From a bacterium (GTDB lineage: Bacteria; SZUA-182; DTGQ01; JAFGSM01): DNA of 64,000 bases. Under the pieces are notes generated by a model. It worked only from the letters and a program-made list of their open reading frames with translations. It ran no database searches and had not been told where the DNA came from. Position numbers and translations under genes: made by a program. Of this stretch, positions 55,852 through 64,000 are shown piece by piece. Where the stretch lies: assembly GCA_049472315.1 (NCBI GenBank), contig JBLIRN010000014.1, positions 1-64,000 of the forward strand, read 5' to 3'. How positions within the stretch are numbered: position 1 is the stretch's first letter; each line of letters opens with the position of its first letter.

Positions 55852-56811
55852 ATGGACCACCAGTGCACCAGGAAAACGGACCCCCGCTGGTCCCAGGGAT
55901 TCAGCCTCATCGAGCTGATCATCGCCCTGGTGATGTCCCTTGTGGTGATGAGCGGGATTTATGCCTACTGCAACAGCCATCACAAGTCCCATAACATCCA
56001 GACCAGGGTCAACGAGATGAACCAGGGCATTCGGTTCGCCATGAACCGGATGGTATCCGAGGTCAGGATGGCGGGATTCAAGACGGGCTCGGGTACTCAA
56101 GTGTTCCACTCCGTTGCATCCACCGCGTGGTGGACCTTCGGTCTTGCTGCAACGATACCCTACAACACCCCTCTTGTGGCCGACAACATGGTCATCAGGC
56201 AGGGGGCGTGCGACCCGCGGGATGACATGCTCATCTTCATGTACGCGGATTCGGACCCCGAGATACAGCTTGCAAATGCGGCAGGCAAGGGCGATGTGTG
56301 GATCAAGCTGAATCTCGACACGGACGAGGTTGCCGAACGCTTCCACAAGGGAGACATCATATACATCGGGTTCGGCACGGTGCGCTTCCCGGAGGATGAC
56401 CTTGAATACGCCAAGGTGATCTCCATCTCATACAGTTGGCTGTATATCGACACCAATCCCTTCATAGGAGGGGTTCAGGGACTGGCTAACCTCAATGACT
56501 ACCGGGTCGGCACGGAGGTGGGAATCGTCAACGTGGTGACCTATGCGGTGTTCAACGACAAGAACGATTCCACATTCTCGAAACACGAGAAGGGGCACCC
56601 GGTGCTCGCCAGGAAGTGCAATATGGACGACTTTGAGGCCTTGGTGGAGGACATCGAGTCGCTCGAGGTTACGGCGCAGGGAAACGACGTCCAGATAAGC
56701 ATCATCGCCAGGACCTCCAAGGAGGAGCCTGAGTTCACCAATCCCCATTTCGGGGACCACTTCCGGAGAAGGACCATGACCTCCATGGTCAAGGTCAGAA
56801 ACAGAGAGTGA
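55852..56811 (+). CDS. pilW: PilW-like minor pilin, cluster 2
   Basis: G|FSLIELII; EVRMAGF; VKVRN C-terminus. Confidence 0.85.
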   Translation: MDHQCTRKTDPRWSQGFSLIELIIALVMSLVVMSGIYAYCNSHHKSHNIQTRVNEMNQGIRFAMNRMVSEVRMAGFKTGSGTQVFHSVASTAWWTFGLAATIPYNTPLVADNMVIRQGACDPRDDMLIFMYADSDPEIQLANAAGKGDVWIKLNLDTDEVAERFHKGDIIYIGFGTVRFPEDDLEYAKVISISYSWLYIDTNPFIGGVQGLANLNDYRVGTEVGIVNVVTYAVFNDKNDSTFSKHEKGHPVLARKCNMDDFEALVEDIESLEVTAQGNDVQISIIARTSKEEPEFTNPHFGDHFRRRTMTSMVKVRNRE

Positions 56812-56820
56812 GGTGCCACC

Positions 56821-57396
56821 ATGAAAAGCCCGGCACGGATATACGCCATGATCCTTGGCAACCAGCAGGGGGTCGCCATTCTTGCGGCGCTCGTCGTCAT
56901 GGTGATGCTGACGGTTCTGGGACTGGCGGGCATCTACCTTTCCACCACCGACATCATGATCTCGCACAACTACCGCGTCATCAAACAGAAATTCTATGCG
57001 GCCGAGGCCGCACTTCAGCAGGGGATCAACATCCTCCGGGGCACCTCCATTGAGGACTGGAACGACTATATCAGCACCGCGACCGCAAAAGACCCTGAGG
57101 TGGCGCTGCCGGGGATGTCCGACGTGGAGTTCCAGGGGATGCGTTACACCATAAAGGTAAAGAACAATCTCGACGATTTCGTATTCGGTGACGCGAACTA
57201 TACGGTCGACGAATGGTACAGCACCAATCTTGACAACATCATGGTGGTCGTTGCCGAGGGCATGGGAGACAGCGGTCAGCCCAAAGTCCTGGAGGCTGCG
57301 GTGGAATGGGAACCCGGAAGCGTGCACTCGTACGGAGGAAAGGACATCACCTCCGACAACGTCAACGTGACCGTGGCCAATATCGACTGGAACTGA
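56821..57396 (+). CDS. pilX: PilX-like minor pilin, cluster 2
   Basis: NQQG|VAILAAL; ISHNYR...FYAAEAA. Confidence 0.85.
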   Translation: MKSPARIYAMILGNQQGVAILAALVVMVMLTVLGLAGIYLSTTDIMISHNYRVIKQKFYAAEAALQQGINILRGTSIEDWNDYISTATAKDPEVALPGMSDVEFQGMRYTIKVKNNLDDFVFGDANYTVDEWYSTNLDNIMVVVAEGMGDSGQPKVLEAAVEWEPGSVHSYGGKDITSDNVNVTVANIDWN

Positions 57397-57476
57397 GGGA
57401 CGGCTCACGTCATACAGCGTGACATGTACGGGAAGAAAAACAATTTAACTGGAACATCCATAATAGGAGGTGCACC

Positions 57477-60400
57477 ATGATTTGCAACAAGAACTGGCAA
57501 TGGATGATCGTTGTCTGCCTTGCGGGTGTCCTTCTCTTTGCATCCGTTTCACATGCAAAGATGAAGCCCCTGAAGGCCCTCGAGGACATGGTGGTCCCGC
57601 CGAACATCATGATAATCATGGACACCTCAGGGAGTATGCAGTGGAACATCGACGGGAAGACCCTGACATGGCCCGACGGCGATGGCCATGTGTACGGGTC
57701 CCACGAGGACAGCCGCCTTTTCATCGCCAAGACGGTCGTCAGGGACGTGCTCAACGACTGCCGGGGACTGGCGAACTTCGGGCTCATGTCCTTCCTGCAG
57801 ACCCACTACCAGAGGACCAGCAGCGTAAAGGGGTACTTCCCCTACTACAAGATAGGGTCGGCAGTACCGGTGTACGAGAAGAAATTTTTCACCGTTAATG
57901 AACTCTCGTTAGAAAAATACGTGGTGAACGGCAAGCCCAAACAGCCCGCAAACAGCGGAAAGCCCAACTACCGGCCGGTTGATGTGTTCGAGTTCAACGG
58001 GGTGGAGTACCTCCTTATGGGAGGTACCAGTGCCAAGTACCAGAGAAAGTCAGGCAAGAAACGGCACAATGCCTGGCATGCTTACTGCGGGTACCAGTGC
58101 GACTTCGCCGACCCCGTTACCGGTAAGACGTATACCTGGACATACCAGGGAAGCAACTACAAGTACGCGAAGAAACTGCAAGACGATGATTCGATCTACT
58201 ATTTCACCAAATTCTACGGCAAGGAGTTCATAGCCACCGGCGACGAGGACTTAAACAACGGGTGCAGCGGCACCGTGGACCCGAACGACGTGTTCCTCTA
58301 CTACCATGGCATGGACGGCAAGAACTTCAAGTACTCCAGCGTTTCCGGCTCGTGGAGCGATTCGGACCACCCGGTGGGCGCACGCGACACCTATGCGGTG
58401 TATAGGGGCGGGATCGTCCTTGTTCCCATATCCCTCTCCGCGGACAAGGAAGTCCAGTGCCAAAGGGTCGACGATATCCTCCAGTGGATGGAATCGCAGG
58501 ATGCAGGGGGGCTCATCTCCATCGGTGCCACACCTACCGGCTCAACCCTGCGCAATGACACGGTGGTGTCAGGATACTATAACGACTACAAGGAATACTT
58601 CCTTGGCGAGATCGACAAGAAGGATACCCTGTCGTGCCGCAGAAACGCCGTCATCTTCGTGACCGACGGTGAGCCCAGCCCGACGGAGGAGGGGGGATAC
58701 GCCAAAAACGCAGCGGAGGACCTGTACAAGAACTATGGGGTCAAGGTCTTCATGGTCGGGTTCGGCGCCGATACCGATGGGAGCACCACCCTCAACGAGA
58801 TCGCCATCAAGGGGGGCACCGAACATGCCTACTATGCAACCTCCCAGGAGGAACTCGAGGAGGCACTTCTGAACATCATCTTCGAGGCAGCAGCAGGCGA
58901 CTATGCCACCTCTTCGCCCACCTCCGGTTCAGGGGGCTGCACACGCCTCATCGGGAACGTCGGTCTCCTGGGCACTGCGGAGTTCCCCTCCTGGAGAGGG
59001 CACCTGATGGCCTACGACCTGTCGAAGGACGAGACCTTGTGGGACGCAGGGGAATTGCTGAACGCCGACCACGTCCAATGGAACGAACGAAAGATCTATA
59101 CATCAGACTCCGCGAACAACCTGGTCCCCTTCTTCGACGGCTCCGGTGCGCCCAATACCGTGAGACTCCTGTCGCTCGGCCTGGGACTGAGCGCCGGCGA
59201 GACCCTTGAGATCATCGAATTCATCGCCGGAAAGACCCGCTCCTGGCGGCTCTTCGACATTACCAACTGTACCCCTGTCGCGGTGGGCCCTCCCTATACA
59301 CCGCTGTATCCGGTGGCCATGCCCGGGCACGACATATACGAGAAGACTTACGAGCGTCGAAGGACCCTCGTCTACTCCGGGTCGAACGACGGCATGCTCC
59401 ATGCTTTCGACATGCTCACCGGCAGGGAGGCGTTCGCCTATGTGCCGCCCGACCTCTTCCCCAAGGTGAAGGAGCTCTACCTCAACCGCGGGCAGCCGGT
59501 CGATCCCCTGGAGCATATCTTCGGGGTGGCCGCCTCGCCCAAGGCATACGATGTCCTGCTCGAAGATGATGACTACGATACATGGAGGACCGTGTTGATC
59601 TGTGGCGAGGGCCCCGGGGGGTATAACTACTTCGCCTTGGATGTCACGCATCCATCCCCGGGGGACATAGGCTACGATGCGGATAAGCCGTTCAAGGTGC
59701 TCTGGCACACGCGGGACCAATACCTGAGATCCAAATACGAGCCGATCGTCGGCGAATCCTGGTCCACCCCCGCCATCGGCCAGATCTCCTTCAAGATATT
59801 GGATTACAAAAAGAGCATATACGCCGCCTTTATGGGCTCCGGATACGACGACCCAACAAGCCCGGATGCAGAGGGCCTGACCTTCATGGCCATCCGATTC
59901 GGTGAAGATCTTTATGACAATGGAGGGCTCCTCTTCTCCCAGAACCTGGGCGCACCGTATACCATCGTGCACCATGGGTTGATGGCCGACGCCGTGTGCT
60001 ATGAGGATAAAGGGCTCATCACCGACGCCTACATGGTGGATACCGCAGGGAGGGTATGGCACATGGACACGGTGGGAAAGCCGTCGGACTGGAAAATGAC
60101 CCAAATCTATGACGCATCCGTATGGCATCCCTTCTTCTACTCGCCGGCGGTACTCAAGATCGGCGAGGGGGATACGGCGTGCACCAACATGGTGATTGCA
60201 TCCGGCACCTATGATGACCCGGGGATCAACTACGAGGGGTGCTCGTTCGTGTCCGGCCTCTTTCTCCTTCACCTGAACAGCGGCGACCAGGTCGTGAACT
60301 CGCTGTCCATCCCCTTTACCGACATCGTCATGGATGCCAATACGGGCGAGTACTTCCCGGCTCGTGCCAGGGTGAACGCCTCACCCGTTATCATCCAAAA

Positions 60401-60734
60401 CGAGAGCACCTCGCAATACGAGACCATCTTCCTGGTGTACGTGCCACCCGTGGATGTCGGGTGCCAGCACGGGAAGAGCTACCTTGTGGTATACAAGCTG
60501 GGCGCATTCGGGGAATGCGGGTTTGCAAACAGTTCTCAGTTTCTCACCATCTACGCGGGTGAGGGGAAGGTCACCGGTGTGGACATCGTGGGAGACCCCA
60601 GCGCAGTGCTGGTCGGGGTGTCAGGCCTTGGGAGCGGAGAGCGAAGCAGCCTGAAGGCCGTGCCCTCCACCCCCAGCTTTGTCTCAGGGACCGTGAAGGA
60701 GCTCTATTGGAAGGAATACATCAATCACTACTAA
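57477..60734 (+). CDS. pilY1: PilY1/PilC-type tip adhesin 2: vWA with a large Tyr/Lys-rich insertion, beta-propeller
   Basis: Signal peptide; IIMDTSGSM, ATPTG, FVTDGEP; WDAG, YSGSNDGMLHAFD, GESWSTP; LYWKE C-terminus. Confidence 0.88.
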   Translation: MICNKNWQWMIVVCLAGVLLFASVSHAKMKPLKALEDMVVPPNIMIIMDTSGSMQWNIDGKTLTWPDGDGHVYGSHEDSRLFIAKTVVRDVLNDCRGLANFGLMSFLQTHYQRTSSVKGYFPYYKIGSAVPVYEKKFFTVNELSLEKYVVNGKPKQPANSGKPNYRPVDVFEFNGVEYLLMGGTSAKYQRKSGKKRHNAWHAYCGYQCDFADPVTGKTYTWTYQGSNYKYAKKLQDDDSIYYFTKFYGKEFIATGDEDLNNGCSGTVDPNDVFLYYHGMDGKNFKYSSVSGSWSDSDHPVGARDTYAVYRGGIVLVPISLSADKEVQCQRVDDILQWMESQDAGGLISIGATPTGSTLRNDTVVSGYYNDYKEYFLGEIDKKDTLSCRRNAVIFVTDGEPSPTEEGGYAKNAAEDLYKNYGVKVFMVGFGADTDGSTTLNEIAIKGGTEHAYYATSQEELEEALLNIIFEAAAGDYATSSPTSGSGGCTRLIGNVGLLGTAEFPSWRGHLMAYDLSKDETLWDAGELLNADHVQWNERKIYTSDSANNLVPFFDGSGAPNTVRLLSLGLGLSAGETLEIIEFIAGKTRSWRLFDITNCTPVAVGPPYTPLYPVAMPGHDIYEKTYERRRTLVYSGSNDGMLHAFDMLTGREAFAYVPPDLFPKVKELYLNRGQPVDPLEHIFGVAASPKAYDVLLEDDDYDTWRTVLICGEGPGGYNYFALDVTHPSPGDIGYDADKPFKVLWHTRDQYLRSKYEPIVGESWSTPAIGQISFKILDYKKSIYAAFMGSGYDDPTSPDAEGLTFMAIRFGEDLYDNGGLLFSQNLGAPYTIVHHGLMADAVCYEDKGLITDAYMVDTAGRVWHMDTVGKPSDWKMTQIYDASVWHPFFYSPAVLKIGEGDTACTNMVIASGTYDDPGINYEGCSFVSGLFLLHLNSGDQVVNSLSIPFTDIVMDANTGEYFPARARVNASPVIIQNESTSQYETIFLVYVPPVDVGCQHGKSYLVVYKLGAFGECGFANSSQFLTIYAGEGKVTGVDIVGDPSAVLVGVSGLGSGERSSLKAVPSTPSFVSGTVKELYWKEYINHY

Positions 60735-60746
60735 GAAAGGTCAATC

Positions 60747-61862
60747 ATGAGCGATTCATTCAACCTGGATTCAAGGGGGCATCAAAGGCGATTTATTGCA
60801 CGAACAAAGGCAAAAAAGGGGACGGCCGGCCCCCGGGGACGGGGCGCCGGCTCCCCCAGCGGGCACGGACTCCTGTGGAACCTCTCCCAGGGATTCAAGC
60901 TCAGGTTCAAGATCGTGTGGATCATGCTCGCTGCGGGAGTGATTGCGGCAGGATATTTCCTGTTCCTGGGGGTATCCGAAAGGCCGCAGCAGACGCTTTC
61001 CGCAGACATGACCATCACCAGGAGTGTTCCTGCAATCAGTCGGGTGTACATCACCCCATCGGAGCCTACCGGAAGGGACTCCCTGCTCGCCAATGTGGAG
61101 ATAAGGGGGAAGCAGGATAAGATCCTCTTTCGCTACCAATGGGAGCGCAACGACTTTGTGATCGAAGGGGCAACCGGAAGAACATTGAACAGCGCCCTGT
61201 TCGAACGTGGGGATATCATTGCGGTGACAGCAGTGCCGGTCATGATGGCGGTGGAGGGGAAGCAGGTGAGGAGTGCGGAGGTGAGGATCGCCAATACCCC
61301 GCCGGCCATGCTGTCCGCCTCGATCAAACCGAAGGTCCTCTTTACCGATACGGAGGTGTACGTGGATGCCAAGGCCGAGGATAAGGACCACGATGAGATC
61401 GAGCTCATCTACCAATGGGTCAATAACGGTGTGGAGATCCATGGACAGAATGAATGCCGCCTCGACCCGGTCCACTATGCAAAGGGGGACCGCATACAGG
61501 TCAAGGTAACCCCCTTTGACGGATTCGACCATGGCACGACACTCCTGTCAGCGGTGGTGATCGTGAACAACTCGTCCCCCCGGATCGTGTCCTATCCGCC
61601 GACCACCCTCGCGGAGCCGGGAACCTTTGTGTATGAGGTGCGCGCGGAAGACATAGATGAGGACCCCATCTTCTACTCCCTTTCCCCAAGCAGTCCTCCC
61701 GGGGTGACCATCGACAGGGAGAGCGGGCTCCTGGTGTGGAGAATCCCGCATGACGTGGAACAGGGATTGAACCGGATAGAGGTCCTCGCTCAGGACAGCG
61801 AAGGGGGTGAAACATCGCAGTGGTTTACCCTGAACCTGCAGTTCGAGGTGAGTCAGCGCTGA
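60747..61862 (+). CDS. Membrane-anchored protein with about three Ig-like repeats
   Basis: One TM helix; repeats RYQW...GDIIAV and YQW...GDRIQVKVTPFDG; cadherin/Ig-like AEDIDEDPIFYSL...GVTIDRESGLLVW. Confidence 0.75.
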   Translation: MSDSFNLDSRGHQRRFIARTKAKKGTAGPRGRGAGSPSGHGLLWNLSQGFKLRFKIVWIMLAAGVIAAGYFLFLGVSERPQQTLSADMTITRSVPAISRVYITPSEPTGRDSLLANVEIRGKQDKILFRYQWERNDFVIEGATGRTLNSALFERGDIIAVTAVPVMMAVEGKQVRSAEVRIANTPPAMLSASIKPKVLFTDTEVYVDAKAEDKDHDEIELIYQWVNNGVEIHGQNECRLDPVHYAKGDRIQVKVTPFDGFDHGTTLLSAVVIVNNSSPRIVSYPPTTLAEPGTFVYEVRAEDIDEDPIFYSLSPSSPPGVTIDRESGLLVWRIPHDVEQGLNRIEVLAQDSEGGETSQWFTLNLQFEVSQR

Positions 61863-61874
61863 GGCGTGGGGCAC

Positions 61875-61903
61875 TTGACAGGGGTAGGGATTTGATATAT
61901 TTT
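61875..61903 (+). promoter_or_regulatory. Putative sigma-70 promoter of pilMNO; leader hairpin GCCCGGGTG/CACCCGGGC at 61932-61959
   Basis: TTGACA at 61875-61880 followed by TGATATATTTT. Confidence 0.5.
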
Positions 61904-62005
61904 TCAATGGAATTCTTTTATTCTCATCATCGCCCGGGTGCATTGCAGCACACCCGGGCATAATCACAGCAGGCACAAGGCCGGAAGGAAGGCAGGTGGC
62001 GTAGA

Positions 62006-63070
62006 GTGAATCCGTTCGAGAAAAAGGATCTGGTAGGGTTGGATATCGGGGCGAGCGCCATCAAGGTGGTGGAGTTGAAGAGGCTTAAGAAGGGAAAGAA
62101 CTACGAATTGGTGAACCTTGCCCTCACCAAGCTACCCCCCGAGGTGATCAAGGAGGACGAGATCACGAAGCCGGAGATCGTTGCGGAGAACATCAAAAAG
62201 ACCTTCCGCGACAACAAGATAGAGAACAAGAACGTCGCCGTGTCCATTTCAGGAAGGTCGGTGATCGTCAAAAGGATCAAGTTGCCGAAGATGTCGGAAG
62301 AGGAACTGGAGGAATCCATACAGTGGGAGGCCGAACAGTTCATCCCCTTCGACATCAACGATGTGAGCCTGGATTTCCAGATCATGTCCGGCCTCGATGC
62401 AGCCAGCGAAAACATGGATGTCCTGCTGGTAGCAGTCAAAAAGGATCGTATTACCGATATAGTAAATATAATAGAGCTTTCAGAACTGGTTCCAGCGGTG
62501 GTTGACATCGATTCGTTCGCCCTGGAGAACCAGTACGAGATCAATTATACGCCGGAACCGGAGAAGTACGAGGCCCTGGTGGACATTGGCGCAGAAACGA
62601 TGTGCATCAATGTGATCAAGGATGGAGCCTCTGTTTTTACCAGGGATGCCTCCATCGGCATCAACCAGTTCCACAGAACGATACAGAGGGAAATGTTTCT
62701 GGATTTTGCACAGTCAGAGGCGCTCATGAATGGGGTCGAGGTCGAAGGGAGAACCAAGGACGAGATCATCCCCTACCGGGATGGATTTTACGAGGAGCTC
62801 CTTGCGGAGGTCCAGCGCTCCTTTGATTACTTCCGTGCCACGGCCGAGGAGGGAATGGTTTCCGGCATATACCTGAGCGGGGGCGGATCGTTGCTGGAAA
62901 ACTTCACCGATTTCCTGACCGAGCGCCTGGGGATCTCCGTGCAGCAGATCGACCCGTTCAGGAACGTCCAGATCAATCTCAAGAAGTTTGACCGCGAGTA
63001 CATCACCTCCATCGCGCCTCTCATGGCGGTGGGGATCGGTCTCGCGTTGCGGAGGATCGGGGATCGATGA
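62006..63070 (+). CDS. pilM: Type IV pilus assembly protein PilM
   Basis: VGLDIGASAIKVVEL, WEAEQFIPF, VLLVA, LVDIGA, LSGGG, IGLALR. Confidence 0.95.
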   Translation: MNPFEKKDLVGLDIGASAIKVVELKRLKKGKNYELVNLALTKLPPEVIKEDEITKPEIVAENIKKTFRDNKIENKNVAVSISGRSVIVKRIKLPKMSEEELEESIQWEAEQFIPFDINDVSLDFQIMSGLDAASENMDVLLVAVKKDRITDIVNIIELSELVPAVVDIDSFALENQYEINYTPEPEKYEALVDIGAETMCINVIKDGASVFTRDASIGINQFHRTIQREMFLDFAQSEALMNGVEVEGRTKDEIIPYRDGFYEELLAEVQRSFDYFRATAEEGMVSGIYLSGGGSLLENFTDFLTERLGISVQQIDPFRNVQINLKKFDREYITSIAPLMAVGIGLALRRIGDR

Positions 63071-63654
63071 TCAGAATCAACCTCCTTCCGAGAAAAGCAA
63101 AACCATTGGTCGCCCTGTGGAGGGACGGAACGGTCCTCGGCGCCGTGATCGTTCTCCTTTTTATCGTATGGATGGTGGTGCTGGTGAGGATGAACAGCAG
63201 GCTCAACGCCACCCGACGGGAATTGCAGCGGGTGAAGAAACAGATCGAGGATTCCAAGCTCGACCTTCAGAAGGTGGAGAAGCTCAAGGAACGGAAGGCG
63301 ATGCTGGAGAACAAGATCAACATCATCCATTCCCTGAGGGAAAAACAGGCAGGACCGGTGCATATGCTCGACGACCTGAGTATTGCCATGCCAGAGCAGG
63401 TTTGGCTGGAGACCCTCAACAACACGGGCACCACCCTCCGCATCGATGGGTATTCCCCCTCATACAATGCGGTATCGGAATTCATGCGCATGCTTGCCCA
63501 ATCACCCTATTACGACAGGATAGAGCTCGATAACATCCAGCAGTCCATCATCAAGGGGAAGAAATTCCAGAGATTCAAGATCTCCTGCCAGGTGCTTTTT
63601 ACTCCCAAAATTCAGGAGGAGGCGCCGGAGGGGGCAAAGGAGCAAACGACATAA
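63067..63654 (+). CDS. pilN: Type IV pilus assembly protein PilN
   Basis: IRINLLP, TM helix, coiled coil, PEQVWL. Confidence 0.93.
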   Translation: MIRINLLPRKAKPLVALWRDGTVLGAVIVLLFIVWMVVLVRMNSRLNATRRELQRVKKQIEDSKLDLQKVEKLKERKAMLENKINIIHSLREKQAGPVHMLDDLSIAMPEQVWLETLNNTGTTLRIDGYSPSYNAVSEFMRMLAQSPYYDRIELDNIQQSIIKGKKFQRFKISCQVLFTPKIQEEAPEGAKEQTT

Positions 63655-64000
63655 ATGGATGCCAAAGAACTCAACAAGGTGCTGGCCACCACGCCCGTAT
63701 CCAAGAAGGTCTCCGTCCTGATGCTGGTGGTCCTTGTTTTTTGTCTGATGGGCTATTACTACGTCTATAAGCCTAAAAATAACAAGATCCTTGTACTGCA
63801 GCCGGAAATACAAAAGCTCAAAAAGACCCTCCGGGAAAACCTGGAAATTACCAAGGGGATCAAGGACATCGAGGAGGAGCTAAAAAAGATCGAGGGCAGG
63901 CTCTCCCAGGCCCAGGCCCAGTTGCCGACCGACAAGGAGATACCGAATCTTCTCACCAAGATCTCCGACCTGGGAAGTGTGGTCGGGCTCGAATTCCTTC
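63655..64000 (+). CDS. pilO: Type IV pilus assembly protein PilO, 5' part (runs off the right window edge)
   Basis: Manual translation MDAKELNK...LVVLVFCLMGYYYVYKP...QLPTDKEIPNLLTKISDLG..GLEF. Confidence 0.9.
   Translation, partial: MDAKELNKVLATTPVSKKVSVLMLVVLVFCLMGYYYVYKPKNNKILVLQPEIQKLKKTLRENLEITKGIKDIEEELKKIEGRLSQAQAQLPTDKEIPNLLTKISDLGSVVGLEFL

Noticed and set aside
1..64000. rRNA, tRNA, CRISPR arrays, integrases/transposases, prophage genes, selenocysteine or stop-codon recoding
   Set aside because: None recognised by eye; conserved genes end at expected positions with standard stops. A covariance-model scan was not possible.

Overview
Gene-dense, GC-rich chromosomal window from an anaerobic diderm bacterium with a deltaproteobacteria-like gene repertoire; taxonomy cannot be fixed from the sequence alone. 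Left to right: 5' part of rfbB, a decayed PIN-toxin/partner pair, a secreted DNRLRE-like protein with a shortened CFI-box-like tail, a beta-barrel protein, and a paaK-ACT-SBP-SBP-livHMGF-paaK operon. Next come two paralogous membrane proteins with tandem GIFT/DUF4350-like domains (one fused to an exosortase-like block), an S8 protease, a TPR/beta-barrel lipoprotein and several secreted proteins with aromatic-rich low-complexity regions. An operon led by an orphan pilin-like gene encodes an HD-GYP phosphodiesterase, a lipoprotein, a PilZ protein, an adenylate cyclase and a receiver. Housekeeping genes (yjbQ, nadK, recN), a four-gene kinase/receiver cascade and a Vor-type 2-oxoacid:ferredoxin oxidoreductase follow. 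The window ends with two tandem minor-pilin/PilY1 clusters, an Ig-repeat protein and pilM-pilN-pilO. A family of long nested-hairpin intergenic repeats is present (two clear copies, one degenerate). No rRNA, tRNA, CRISPR array, transposase or integrase was seen. The best candidates for undescribed biology are the pilin-led c-di-GMP/cAMP operon, the exosortase-like/GIFT membrane pair with its possible aromatic-tailed substrates, the structured repeat family, and a circularly permuted domain inserted into the PilY1 vWA domain. All family assignments are by motif recognition, not database search.
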